A stretch of DNA of 64,000 nucleotides from a virus (IMGVR_UViG_3300046820_001270:128001-192000), one strand, 5' to 3'; shown: positions 27,566 to 37,992, counted from the stretch's first letter. Numbers and translations are program-made. Notes: generated by a model from the letters alone, not told the origin.

Positions 27566-27599
27566 ATTTAATATTATATTGGGATATTTATATGTGTAT

Positions 27600-30050
27600 A
27601 TGAAACTATTAGATATTATATTGGAGAATGAATTCCCGTTATCGTTAAGTGAGAAAACTGAAGCTAGAACTAAGGAAGATTTCTTATTAAAAATGAAAAA
27701 TCTGTTTCCTTATCGTAATGGTTGTCTTTATGATTTTGGTAATCAAGAAGTTTTTACAAAAAACTCGACGGTAGATGTCCAATGTAAAAAACATGGAGTT
27801 AGTTTCCCAACAAAGGTTGAGTATCTATTAAAAGGTCGTATTGGACCAAACGGATGTGAGGGATGTAAAAAAGAAGGTAGTTTAAATCAAACTAAATCAA
27901 CTAAAAATGATTTTTACAGTTATGTGAAAAACATATGGAAGGATGAGAATGGAAATCCTTTATATATCTACGATAGACCGGGTTTAAAAAGATATACAAG
28001 TATTAATAACGAATTTGATTTTTATTGTCCAAAAATTGGATCAGATGGAAAACCTCATGGTAAACAAAACATAGCAAACGCACAACTTCATAAATACCAA
28101 AATGTTGGGTGTAGAAAATGTAAAGAAGAACAAGGTGTGGTTAACCAACAACCAACCAATCTTTCTCGTGCGGAGTTTATACGGAAAGTTAAAGAAAGAA
28201 TGAAATTATACCATATTCCAATAAGTTGGTATGATTGGAAGGGAATGGAATATTCAAATCCATCGAGAAACTCTAAAATAAAATGTTTAAAACATAACGA
28301 AGAAGTCACGAGAGTGAAGGGTAAATATTTTTACACCGGTGTACCTTTATGTTCAGAATGTAATAGAATTGCGGTTAAAGAAACAGAATTTATGGATAAA
28401 GTCCGTAAACTCTACAATGATAGATTTGTTTTATTATCAGATTATATTGGAGGAACTTCACCCGTTACTCTCGGTTGTAAATTACATGGAAAAATACCAT
28501 ATCCGGTTGTAGTTGCACACCCCTCATCAATTTGGGGTTCTACTGAAAATTATGGTTCAATTGAATGTAAAGAATGTAAAAGAGTTAATAGTTTAAATAA
28601 TTACAAAAGAACATTTGAAACCGCTCAGTCTAATAGATCAACTGAATATACTTACCCAAATATTGATAAAGAATTTATTAATGGAAACACAAAAATACCT
28701 ATTGAGTGTCATGTAAAAGGATCTAACGATAGAGAACATGGAATGTTTTGGCAAACACCAGCAAATCATTCCACAGGTCAAGGTTGTCCAAAATGTCAAG
28801 AATCAAGAAATGAAAGACATATTCAAAATTTATTAAGTAAAAAGGATATAAAATTTGAAACCCAAAAGAAATTTGATGAACTTGGAGATCAAAAATTTGA
28901 TTTTTATTTACCTGAATACAATGTTCTTATTGAATATGATGGAAAACAACATTTTGAACCTACATTTGGTAAATCAGAATATACTAGACAATTGAATTAT
29001 AATATATTATATGAAAGTGATAATTTAAAAAACAAATTTATTAAAACTAATAATTACGGTTTGGGGTTGATCCGTATTCCACATACCCTTAAAGAAGGTC
29101 AATATGATAAATTATTAGAGAACGCATTACAAAGAGTTGAAAAAAATAAAATAGATCCTCTCGGTGATTATCCAGAAAGACAACTACCTAAAGAACCGAA
29201 ACACAAAGATAAAATAAATGAATCCAAATTATCGTTGATTGATGTAATTAATGGTGTTATTAAAGAACAATCTTCAAATGGTAAAGACCAATTGAAGTGG
29301 TTAAGATCATATGTTGCGTCACCAATGTATTTGGAAAGATTGAAAAAGGAGTTCCCTGGTAAATCTGATGAGTTTATTCAGAACGAAAGAAACACTCGTT
29401 TGAATAATTTGAACAACATGGAAAACAAAACTCATTATGTGAATAGTATTGGTAGAGAACCTCAGTATATTTCGGGTAAAATGATTCCACAAAAAGATGA
29501 AGGTGAATTTTATAATATTAAAACCGGTAAATGGGAACCTGACGTATTAAAGAAAAGTCCTAAGGGTATTGATAAACGAGGTCATGTCTATTTTGAAAAG
29601 GAATACCAACCAAATAGTTGGTACCCATCTAAGGGATTTGAAACAATACCAACTCATGAATATGGTCATATTGTGGATGACGGCGGACAAAGAATTCCTA
29701 AATTAACAAAACAAAAGATTTTCAATTATACAAACCAAAAAAAAGATCAATTAATGTATAGGAGTGATGGTATGGCATTTGATTATCTTTCTACACCCTC
29801 TGAGTTTATTAATAGACTCCAATCAGTTAGATATTTGTTAAATAAAGTAAAGATTTATAATCCATCAACAAATAAGTTTACCGAAAAAGAGTATAACTTA
29901 ATGATTAACAATCCCACCATAAAAGATAATCAACACTATCAGGATATTATGAATACATTAAAAGGTAACGAAAACGACAAAAAGAAATACTTCATTGACC
30001 TTATGAATAGTGTTGCACAAACAAACGGAACTAATTCTACGTCAGTATAA
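27600..30050 (+). CDS. leader + zinc-ribbon repeats + PD-(D/E)XK nuclease + C-terminal HExxH zincin-like domain
   Basis: MKLLDIILE; FDFYLPEYNVLIEYDGKQHF; INESKLS junction; THEYGH. Confidence 0.8.
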   Translation: MKLLDIILENEFPLSLSEKTEARTKEDFLLKMKNLFPYRNGCLYDFGNQEVFTKNSTVDVQCKKHGVSFPTKVEYLLKGRIGPNGCEGCKKEGSLNQTKSTKNDFYSYVKNIWKDENGNPLYIYDRPGLKRYTSINNEFDFYCPKIGSDGKPHGKQNIANAQLHKYQNVGCRKCKEEQGVVNQQPTNLSRAEFIRKVKERMKLYHIPISWYDWKGMEYSNPSRNSKIKCLKHNEEVTRVKGKYFYTGVPLCSECNRIAVKETEFMDKVRKLYNDRFVLLSDYIGGTSPVTLGCKLHGKIPYPVVVAHPSSIWGSTENYGSIECKECKRVNSLNNYKRTFETAQSNRSTEYTYPNIDKEFINGNTKIPIECHVKGSNDREHGMFWQTPANHSTGQGCPKCQESRNERHIQNLLSKKDIKFETQKKFDELGDQKFDFYLPEYNVLIEYDGKQHFEPTFGKSEYTRQLNYNILYESDNLKNKFIKTNNYGLGLIRIPHTLKEGQYDKLLENALQRVEKNKIDPLGDYPERQLPKEPKHKDKINESKLSLIDVINGVIKEQSSNGKDQLKWLRSYVASPMYLERLKKEFPGKSDEFIQNERNTRLNNLNNMENKTHYVNSIGREPQYISGKMIPQKDEGEFYNIKTGKWEPDVLKKSPKGIDKRGHVYFEKEYQPNSWYPSKGFETIPTHEYGHIVDDGGQRIPKLTKQKIFNYTNQKKDQLMYRSDGMAFDYLSTPSEFINRLQSVRYLLNKVKIYNPSTNKFTEKEYNLMINNPTIKDNQHYQDIMNTLKGNENDKKKYFIDLMNSVAQTNGTNSTSV

Positions 30051-30288
30051 AGTGTTTTCTCCCTTTTATAATATTTATATGATATATTTATACATATGAG
30101 TAAAAGAATTATTAAATTATCAGAATCTGATATTAAGAAACACATACAAAATGTAATTTCAGAACAACCAACTAACATACAACGAGATGCTAGTAGACAA
30201 AGTAAAATGATTCCACAAAAAGATGAAGGTGAATTTTATAATATTATAACCGGTAAATGGGAACCTGACGTATTAAAGAAAAGTCCTA
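29476..30288 (+). repeat. 87-bp near-identical direct repeat (29476-29562 and 30202-30288)
   Basis: one mismatch; encodes KMIPQKDEGEFYNI(K/I)TGKWEPDVLKKSP in two adjacent genes. Confidence 0.9.
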
Positions 30289-31364
30289 GAGGTCAAGGAC
30301 AGACACCTCCACCACAAAACCAGACACCACCTCCACAAAAAGGACCTAAATTACCAATTGACCCTAAATTAGACGTTGCACAGAATATTCAAAAATTAGA
30401 ACGTATAATGAGAAGACAATTAACACCACAAGAAATTAATAAATTGACATTCGATTTGGGTCAATTAAAAAAAACACCTAAACGTTCATCAACTCCTTCT
30501 GTTGATAAAAACGATTTAACTGGTGATAATAAAGGTGAGGGAGTTAATTTGTATGGTAATGAAGGTCAAACAGTATTACAATATTCTGCAACAATAGATA
30601 AAATTGTAAAAAGTGGTTCAGGATTTGACATATTTGTTAGTGGTGATTATGATCTTACTGATAAATATTTTCATTGGGATTCCAACGCACCTTATTTTCA
30701 GGCATTTTTAAAATCAACACGTAAACCATTAACATGGGAATATAATGGTAAAACAAGAACACAAAAATTACACAATAAAGAATTTTCAGGTGTTTTACAA
30801 AAAATGCTTTCGAGTGTTGTAGAAAAAGGGATTGCACCTGTTTCATCAACAAATAATGCTAAGTGGGATTTCACATCACCAATGAATGAACAAAGTGAAA
30901 AAATTGGTTCGGTTACCGACGGATTTGGTACTATAAAAGAAATTATTGGATTACCGGTAATGTTCTTTGCTGATAAAGAAGGGAAGATACCATACGGTAA
31001 TAAAATGACGATTTCAAAAGTTGACAAGGACCCAATTTATTCAAGAAAATTTAGAATTTATTTTAAAGAACTTGGAAATGACTATTGTACATTTGAATGT
31101 GGAATGAAAGCGTTTCTTATGAAGAGTAAGGGAGAATGGGTATATAACACCCAATTATTACACGCATTATCATTACCTCTTTGCAATTCTGAATTGAGTA
31201 ATGATGGTAAGGTAAAATCGGTTCCTAATGTGAAATATGCTAAAAACGACTCACAAGGAGCTCCGAGTCAAACTGATAATCAAACTTTAGCGGAATCAAA
31301 ACAAAAACCTTTAAACGAAGGTCAGGAAATACTGAAAGATGTGTTTAAGAGTTTATTAAAATAA
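30096..31364 (+). CDS. putative virion protein with LSES leader
   Basis: MSKRIIKLSESDIKK..VISEQ; QTPPPQ repeats; C-terminal LNEGQE..K..FK. Confidence 0.7.
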   Translation: MSKRIIKLSESDIKKHIQNVISEQPTNIQRDASRQSKMIPQKDEGEFYNIITGKWEPDVLKKSPRGQGQTPPPQNQTPPPQKGPKLPIDPKLDVAQNIQKLERIMRRQLTPQEINKLTFDLGQLKKTPKRSSTPSVDKNDLTGDNKGEGVNLYGNEGQTVLQYSATIDKIVKSGSGFDIFVSGDYDLTDKYFHWDSNAPYFQAFLKSTRKPLTWEYNGKTRTQKLHNKEFSGVLQKMLSSVVEKGIAPVSSTNNAKWDFTSPMNEQSEKIGSVTDGFGTIKEIIGLPVMFFADKEGKIPYGNKMTISKVDKDPIYSRKFRIYFKELGNDYCTFECGMKAFLMKSKGEWVYNTQLLHALSLPLCNSELSNDGKVKSVPNVKYAKNDSQGAPSQTDNQTLAESKQKPLNEGQEILKDVFKSLLK

Positions 31365-31367
31365 CAT

Positions 31368-31393
31368 AAACCCTCCATTGTGGAGGGTTTTTT
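31368..31393 (+). terminator. intrinsic terminator
   Basis: AAACCCTCCA-TTG-TGGAGGGTTT-TT. Confidence 0.8.
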
Positions 31394-31425
31394 ATTTACT
31401 ATTATTAGGATATTTATATAGTATT

Positions 31426-32520
31426 ATGAAAAAAGTTATCAAAATGACCGAGAGTCAACTTAAGAAAATGGTTTTACTAACCATTAATGAACAGGTATCA
31501 ACCGATTATTTCAATGTTTTGGTAAATGCTGGTGATACTGTAAATCCAGATAAAGACGGCGAAACAGATTATAGGAATGTACCTTGGGGAGATAATTCAA
31601 CATTAAGAATTCGTGATGACGGACAATTTGTTTTATATACTAAAAACACGCCAGATTTTAAACCTGCTTGGTTTGGGAAAATGGTTATTATAAGTGATAA
31701 ATCATATAAATTGATGTATGACAATGGAGACGTATATAGAAGTGATATAAATAAAGAACAATCTAATGATAATAAATTATACTCAAACTGTGCTGAGTCA
31801 TTAGATAACATAAAGGAAGATAATTTTGAAATCCTTAAATACGGTTGTAAAAACGAAGCGGTAAAAGAATTACAGAAACTATTGGGTATGGAAGAAAAAT
31901 ATCATACCGGTTATTTTGGTAAAATTACAAGAGGAAAAGTTATTGAATTTCAAAAAACACATAAAGATTCCACAGGTGCTAATTTAAAACCAGACGGTAT
32001 CGTTGGTGGTAAAACATATCAATCTTTAATATCTCAAGTAAAACCAACTGAAGGAGACACTAATACTAATACTGACACTAATACCAATACCGACACTAAT
32101 ACAAGTGTGGATAATAATGTTGAAGGTGATTTTAATGTTGTGGATGATTTTATAAATGAGAGTTATGATGATGACTATAACGAATTAGATAGTTTATTCA
32201 CAAATAATTTCGATACTGAGGATGATTACGACGGTGAAATGTTTAGAGGAGACGATGAAGGTTTCAGTAATAAAATGAGACAAAATCAAATCCACAAAAA
32301 AATGAGATTATCATCAACAGGATTGGATACATATTATAAAGGTGGAGGTGATTTAAAATCAAATACAATTCCTCGTGATTCCGAAGGTGAAGAAGTTAAA
32401 TGGAGTCCAATTAGAGATAATGAAATGCCGTTAGACAAATACCTTGAGAAAAAGAAAATGAAAAATTTGGATGAAGATGAGGACATTGCAATGTTAGACA
32501 ATTTATTAAAAAAAGATTAA
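31426..32520 (+). CDS. leader-bearing protein with peptidoglycan-binding domain and DTNTNT repeat
   Basis: MKKVIKMTESQL; LKYGCKNEAVKELQ...PDGIVGGKT. Confidence 0.75.
   Translation: MKKVIKMTESQLKKMVLLTINEQVSTDYFNVLVNAGDTVNPDKDGETDYRNVPWGDNSTLRIRDDGQFVLYTKNTPDFKPAWFGKMVIISDKSYKLMYDNGDVYRSDINKEQSNDNKLYSNCAESLDNIKEDNFEILKYGCKNEAVKELQKLLGMEEKYHTGYFGKITRGKVIEFQKTHKDSTGANLKPDGIVGGKTYQSLISQVKPTEGDTNTNTDTNTNTDTNTSVDNNVEGDFNVVDDFINESYDDDYNELDSLFTNNFDTEDDYDGEMFRGDDEGFSNKMRQNQIHKKMRLSSTGLDTYYKGGGDLKSNTIPRDSEGEEVKWSPIRDNEMPLDKYLEKKKMKNLDEDEDIAMLDNLLKKD
32056..32103 (+). repeat. 18-bp in-frame tandem repeat (DTNTNT x ~2.7)
   Basis: gacactaatactaatact gacactaataccaatacc gacactaataca. Confidence 0.75.
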
Positions 32521-32530
32521 AACAAAATAT

Positions 32531-32641
32531 ATGGGAACAAAGGCAAATAAACCACGTGCTATGAGAAGTAGAAGAAGTGGTATTAAATCATTAAACATAG
32601 TTAAGAAAAATTTAGAAATTCTAAAGAAACTTAAGGGGTAA
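32531..32641 (+). CDS. very small basic peptide (36 aa)
   Basis: MGTKANKPRAMRSRRSGIKSLNIVKKNLEILKKLKG; stop overlaps next ATG (TAATG). Confidence 0.5.
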   Translation: MGTKANKPRAMRSRRSGIKSLNIVKKNLEILKKLKG

Positions 32642-33285
32642 TGAAAATATTAATTTCGGAAGAACAATTAAAACGTATTATATCCGAACAACCCGAATCA
32701 AGGTTTGCACCAAGAGGTATGTCCAATAAAGAACATATGGATGCTCTTAATAGAACCACTTTAAATCCAAATTTGGATGCTGACGATTATGCGGATATAG
32801 TGTCAGGTTTAATTGATGTTATACCTGGTATTGGTAATGGGATATCGGGAGCAATTGATATAACACATGGTATTACCTATATTGTTAGATATTATTATGC
32901 AAAAACTATAGAAGAGAAAGTTGAATTGGCCGTAATGGGACTTATTACGTTAGGTATGACATTTATCCCTGTTGGGGGTAATGCAACAAACATATTAGCG
33001 AGAAGTGAAATTAAAACGTTATTAAAGAAAACTCCATATGAAGTACGTTTGATGATGAAAAATATGGGACTTATAAAAAGTGCGGGATTCCAATTATCAA
33101 AACAAGCGTGGAAATATTCTTTCTTAATTGCACTCGTAAAAATATTCAGAGGTCAATTAGATAGTGTAATTGGAGATGTTTCGAGAACTTTAACGTCTAT
33201 CTCCAACAAATCTAAGGAACTAAGTCCTATCTTACAAAACTATATGAAAACTATAAACGAACTTAAAAATATTAACAAGGCGTAA
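32641..33285 (+). CDS. leader-bearing protein with pre-toxin-TG-like hydrophobic helices
   Basis: MKILISEEQL; DIVSGLIDVIPGIG..ISGAID...LGMTFIPVGG. Confidence 0.65.
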   Translation: MKILISEEQLKRIISEQPESRFAPRGMSNKEHMDALNRTTLNPNLDADDYADIVSGLIDVIPGIGNGISGAIDITHGITYIVRYYYAKTIEEKVELAVMGLITLGMTFIPVGGNATNILARSEIKTLLKKTPYEVRLMMKNMGLIKSAGFQLSKQAWKYSFLIALVKIFRGQLDSVIGDVSRTLTSISNKSKELSPILQNYMKTINELKNINKA

Positions 33286-35192
33286 TGAAAATACTTTTAA
33301 GTGAAGAACAATATGGTAAATTGATTGAAGCGAATCAAACTTATTCATTTCCTGAAAATAAAGGGGATCTTGATGCGTATATAAGAAGTTTTACCGAGAA
33401 AAACACTAAAAAAGAATTACAAGTAAAACATAATCCAATTTATTATAGATTATGGGCGGGTGGATTGTTAGATAAGTATTATCCCCCTAAAAAACCAATT
33501 ACCAAAAATGAAATAAAAAAATACATTAAGGATAATAATATTACATTAAAATCAAGTGATATAAAAGGGGATACAAGATCATTATCTCAAATGAATGGAA
33601 CTTATTACCGAGCTGCGTGGAGTAATGGATGGTTAGATGATTTATTTCCAAAAGAAAGTGATAAAAAAATATTTAGTAGAATAAAAAAATATATCAAGGA
33701 TAATGATTTAACAAGATCAACATTTAGGTTCAAAAAGTATTATCATATTGCTATCTCAAAAAATTGGATGGATTTGTTATTTCCACCAACAATTGGAACT
33801 AAAGATGAATTTATTAAAACTTGTAAAAAATCACATAAAGGAAGAGATTATGACTATACGGACATAGATTTTAAAGGTACTGGATATGAAATAACAATTA
33901 TTTGTCATAGAAAAGATAATGAGGGAAATGAACATGGACCATTTACTGTGGGGGCTGGAAAACATAAGTTAGGTGATGGAGAATGTAAAAAATGTTTATG
34001 TCAAGACAGAACAGAAAATTTCATTAAAAATGCAATTGAAAAACACGGGAATAAGTATGGTTATGATAAAGTCGATTTTTGTGATCCAAAGTATCAAGTA
34101 AAAGATACCTCAGGAAAAAATAAACATAGATGGTATTTTCCAATATATTGTGAAACACATAAAACTTATTTTAGACAAAGAACGGATATACATTTAACTC
34201 CACATGGATGCCCTTATTGTGCGGAATCACAAGGTGAATCGGCAATTAAAAAAACATTAGATGAGATGGGGTTAAAATATTCGGCGTGGGAAAGTTTTGA
34301 TTTTTGTACCAATCAAGGTTATAAAGGAAGAAAATGTACTGATTTAGAATTTGATGTTTATATCCCCGATATGAAAACTATTATTGAATACGACGGAGGA
34401 GGACACTTTGGACCAATTGATTATTTTGGAGGACAAGATACTTTTACACAAGTTGTACATTACGATAATTTGAAAAATGAATTTTGTGATGGACAATATA
34501 ATATACGTGGAACTCATATTGAAAAACTAATACGTATATCAGATAAAACCCCATTAAACGAAATACCAAGTGAAGTTAAACGTTTAATTATGGGTAAAAG
34601 AAAAGGTTTGTTATTATCAAAAAATTACCCATCCGCTGGTTGGAATGGAGGTGGTATAAACGAATCCAAATTATCGTTTGAAAATGTCTTAACCGAAAAG
34701 TTAAGAGATATGGTGTCAATTCCAATCTATCACCATACCACAGAGGAACGTGCTTTGGGTATTATGAATAGTAATATGTTAAAAGGATCTAAACAATATG
34801 AGGAGGTTTTAAATTTAGATAGAACATTAAAACAATCCAAACATAAAACAATGGTTTCCTTTACTCGTGATAAGAACTTTATACCAGATGGGTCTATTGG
34901 TAATTCTGGGGATGGTCCTCGTATTAAACCTGATATGTTGAACGTAATCTTTGTTGCAGATAGAAGTCGTCTTAAATCACGTTATAGGGTGGTTCCTTTT
35001 GATTATGGAACAATTGCAAATAAAGCTTGGATGGATCCAGTTCCACGTAGTCGTAAAAACCCTGAGGTAGAAGAAAGAGTATTAACTGATCGAATATATC
35101 CATTAAGACAATACCTTACAAATATTATTTATACAGGTCAAGATCTTGAGATACAAAAGAAGATAGATGAGTATCTATCGGGTATTAAATAA
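33285..35192 (+). CDS. leader + zinc-ribbon/PD-(D/E)XK nuclease + C-terminal ADP-ribosyltransferase-like domain
   Basis: FDVYIP..IIEYDGGGHF; INESKLS junction; IYHHT...VSFTR...EVEE. Confidence 0.75.
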   Translation: MKILLSEEQYGKLIEANQTYSFPENKGDLDAYIRSFTEKNTKKELQVKHNPIYYRLWAGGLLDKYYPPKKPITKNEIKKYIKDNNITLKSSDIKGDTRSLSQMNGTYYRAAWSNGWLDDLFPKESDKKIFSRIKKYIKDNDLTRSTFRFKKYYHIAISKNWMDLLFPPTIGTKDEFIKTCKKSHKGRDYDYTDIDFKGTGYEITIICHRKDNEGNEHGPFTVGAGKHKLGDGECKKCLCQDRTENFIKNAIEKHGNKYGYDKVDFCDPKYQVKDTSGKNKHRWYFPIYCETHKTYFRQRTDIHLTPHGCPYCAESQGESAIKKTLDEMGLKYSAWESFDFCTNQGYKGRKCTDLEFDVYIPDMKTIIEYDGGGHFGPIDYFGGQDTFTQVVHYDNLKNEFCDGQYNIRGTHIEKLIRISDKTPLNEIPSEVKRLIMGKRKGLLLSKNYPSAGWNGGGINESKLSFENVLTEKLRDMVSIPIYHHTTEERALGIMNSNMLKGSKQYEEVLNLDRTLKQSKHKTMVSFTRDKNFIPDGSIGNSGDGPRIKPDMLNVIFVADRSRLKSRYRVVPFDYGTIANKAWMDPVPRSRKNPEVEERVLTDRIYPLRQYLTNIIYTGQDLEIQKKIDEYLSGIK

Positions 35193-35197
35193 ATTAT

Positions 35198-35869
35198 ATG
35201 ATAATTCATAGACCAGCACATACAAGATCTAATCCAAAAAATAATTGGATTAATTCGTATAGAACATTTAGTTTTCCTCCGTATTTTGATCCGAAGTATA
35301 TTAACTTTAGTTATTTACAAACAATCAATGACGATAGAGTTCAACCAAAAGGTCAAGTCGCAATGCACGAACATAAGAATATGGAAATATTTGGTTATGT
35401 TGTTGAAGGTGTTTGTAGGCACACGGATAGTCACGGAAACATATTAGATATACCAGCGGGAGCCGTCCAAAGAATGTCTTGCGGTTCAGGTATAAGACAC
35501 ACTGAGGGAAACACAACAGACACCCCAAATCGTTATTTACAACTATGGATAAGACCTAATGTAAAAGATACAGAACCAATACACGAATGGTATCAATTCA
35601 CAAGAGAAGATAAACTAAATAAGTTTTGCGATATAACGGAGAAATTACCCATAAAACAGGACGCAAGATTGTTGGCAGGTATATTCACAGAAAACTTTAG
35701 TTTTGACCTTAATTCGTCTCGTAAGTACTACCTGTACGTAGTATCAGGAATGTCTACCTTAAACGACACACCATTAATAGAAGGAGATGGTTTAAGCTTC
35801 ACAGAGGAAGATAAAATCAATATAATTACGGATACGGAAATCGAAATCATTTTGTTTGATTTAGGGTAA
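35198..35869 (+). CDS. pirin family protein (YhhW-like)
   Basis: SYRTFSF..YFDP....F..L..INDD.V......HEHKNMEI..YV.EG...H.DS.GN...QRMS.G.GI.H.E. Confidence 0.9.
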   Translation: MIIHRPAHTRSNPKNNWINSYRTFSFPPYFDPKYINFSYLQTINDDRVQPKGQVAMHEHKNMEIFGYVVEGVCRHTDSHGNILDIPAGAVQRMSCGSGIRHTEGNTTDTPNRYLQLWIRPNVKDTEPIHEWYQFTREDKLNKFCDITEKLPIKQDARLLAGIFTENFSFDLNSSRKYYLYVVSGMSTLNDTPLIEGDGLSFTEEDKINIITDTEIEIILFDLG

Positions 35870-35881
35870 TATTTATATCTA

Positions 35882-37330
35882 ATGAAGCTTCAGGTAACAG
35901 AATCACAATTAAAACTTATTGAACAACAACAGTTAAATGAACTGAAGTGGTTGGCTAATGTTCAATCACACATTGTTAAAATGGACGTTCCGTTGACACC
36001 GTCGTTGGTAAACTATATTTGGGGAAGTCAAAGAGTTACAACATTCCACGTCGGAGATGTTAACGGTATTAATGAGATTGGTGCAATGGTTGGAACGAGA
36101 AAATCTTTATCTACATTTAGATTTATGGATAAGGAATTGGTTAAAAATATGAAAGGGGTTCAAACCGAAGGTGGAATTATCTATCAAATTGTTGGAGATT
36201 TACAATTCGACTCACCAACAGATGTTATGAGTGCTCCTGATGAGACAGGTAGAAGATGGGTAAACATTAGAAGTTTCCATAATGACTTTCAAAATAAAGT
36301 CGAACTTGAATATGTAAAGTATGAGAAATTTGGAGATATGGATGAACTATCAAAATCCCCAAAAAATTTAATAGAATATTATAGACTAATGGACCAATTG
36401 GTTCGAGAAAATGCAAAAGAAATTCGTGAATATTTTACCGACATTAAAAAGAACAGAGGTGGAAGGGAAAGTTTATGGAATGAAACTGTTGTGAATAATA
36501 TTGAGGTTAAGGACATATTATGGAAAGAGGATATTGTTGCATTTTTAGATAATTGGGAAACAAAAGAACAAAGGTTAAGTGTACTTGACAAAATTGGTAT
36601 AAAATTGAGTTCTATATCCACAGGAACCGTTTATTTGGCTGATAGAGGTGGTACGTTTGGTTTTAGAGATATTAATCCAGTTAAATGGGTTGAACAAAGA
36701 GGAGGTCTAACTAATTTTAAAAAATACGTTAAAAAATTCCATGTAGATAGTGAACCAAAGAGAATACGGATCAATGAGGATAAACCAAACCCTAATAACC
36801 CACCATTTATAAAATATGGTCAGGGTTATGTTTTAATTACACCCGACAAACCTATAGATAAAACTGCGTGTGTTATTTTCGGTGGTTGGAATACTACAGA
36901 TGGTAATCACAAACATTTAGTAAAATTTATTCCTGAAAATTTACAATATAAAAAAACAATATTAATTACAGTACCTGGTGCAAGTATGGGTGATTTAAAA
37001 AGGATGTTAGGTAATACAAAAATTAAATCTATAATAGGTTTTGAGGAAGGTGGAATGAACGCATGTAAGTATGCTGGTGAATATGATGTAGTTGGGTTAA
37101 TTAACCCCGTTTTAAATAAAGATTCACAAAGATATCATATTAACGATAAAAGAGTTTTCATGTTATATGACCCAAATAAGGGAATTTTAAATGGTAATAA
37201 AATTGAACGAGGAGATAAATACCAAAAAGAATTTGCTTCAATTATGACGGGTAATGCTATACCACTTAAAGATTATAAAAGTGAAAATATGTTAACTTAT
37301 TTCCTTAATAAGTTTCAAAATAATATTTAA
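35882..37330 (+). CDS. leader-bearing two-domain protein
   Basis: MKLQVTESQL; internal INE before second, hydrolase-like domain. Confidence 0.7.
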   Translation: MKLQVTESQLKLIEQQQLNELKWLANVQSHIVKMDVPLTPSLVNYIWGSQRVTTFHVGDVNGINEIGAMVGTRKSLSTFRFMDKELVKNMKGVQTEGGIIYQIVGDLQFDSPTDVMSAPDETGRRWVNIRSFHNDFQNKVELEYVKYEKFGDMDELSKSPKNLIEYYRLMDQLVRENAKEIREYFTDIKKNRGGRESLWNETVVNNIEVKDILWKEDIVAFLDNWETKEQRLSVLDKIGIKLSSISTGTVYLADRGGTFGFRDINPVKWVEQRGGLTNFKKYVKKFHVDSEPKRIRINEDKPNPNNPPFIKYGQGYVLITPDKPIDKTACVIFGGWNTTDGNHKHLVKFIPENLQYKKTILITVPGASMGDLKRMLGNTKIKSIIGFEEGGMNACKYAGEYDVVGLINPVLNKDSQRYHINDKRVFMLYDPNKGILNGNKIERGDKYQKEFASIMTGNAIPLKDYKSENMLTYFLNKFQNNI

Positions 37331-37882
37331 TTAAATTGTAATTCCCTTTTTTTGATTGTATTTGATCATTGATTTAATATTTTTAGAATAATTACATCCG
37401 GGACAATAATCAGTATCCAATTTTTTATAATATCCATCAACGTTTAATGAACTATAACCAAGTTCGTCTTGCATTAATTTGTAATCTTTAACTGAATCAA
37501 CCCAATTGTTATATGTTGCATGATTTCTATTAGTACCTGTTGCAACATTTTTTCTTTGTTTTGGTTGTTTCATCCCAAACAAATTATTATTCTCTTTGAA
37601 CACATTACTTTTAAAATGTTCGCTTTCCCAAAAAGCTTGTGCTAGTGCAATATTTGGGTACTTAATACCTTGTTTAATAATCTCAGCTTTTAAATTTTCT
37701 AAACTAAATGGTTTAGGTTCTGTTTTTTCGGATGTTTTTGGTTTATTAGATTTAGTTAAACGATCATAAGCCGATTTACCCATATCATAAACCGATCTAC
37801 CAAGATTAACAGCATTTAAACCATCTATTTGTTCATTAATTAACCTATCAAGATCACTTTTTTTAATTCTAATAATTTTCAT
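37331..37882 (-). CDS. glucosaminidase (GH73/FlgJ-like) peptidoglycan hydrolase
   Basis: IALAQAFWES..F.S......NNLFGMK. Confidence 0.8.
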   Translation of the reverse strand: MKIIRIKKSDLDRLINEQIDGLNAVNLGRSVYDMGKSAYDRLTKSNKPKTSEKTEPKPFSLENLKAEIIKQGIKYPNIALAQAFWESEHFKSNVFKENNNLFGMKQPKQRKNVATGTNRNHATYNNWVDSVKDYKLMQDELGYSSLNVDGYYKKLDTDYCPGCNYSKNIKSMIKYNQKKGITI

Positions 37883-37925
37883 ATGAAACTATATACTTTT
37901 TTAATATTTTAAGTTAAAATGATAC

Positions 37926-37992
37926 CCAGTATATACTAGTATTATTTATTACTAGATTAATAGCTAGATTCTAGTACTAGAATAAATACTGG
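37926..37992. repeat. AT-rich inverted-repeat element with five CTAG sites
   Basis: CCAGTAT...ATACTGG ends; TCTAGTACTAGA palindrome. Confidence 0.55.

Noticed and set aside
26338-35192. Intein or group I intron explanation for the endonuclease insertions
   Set aside because: No C/S start or HN-C/S/T splice junction motifs and no intron-like frame breaks are visible
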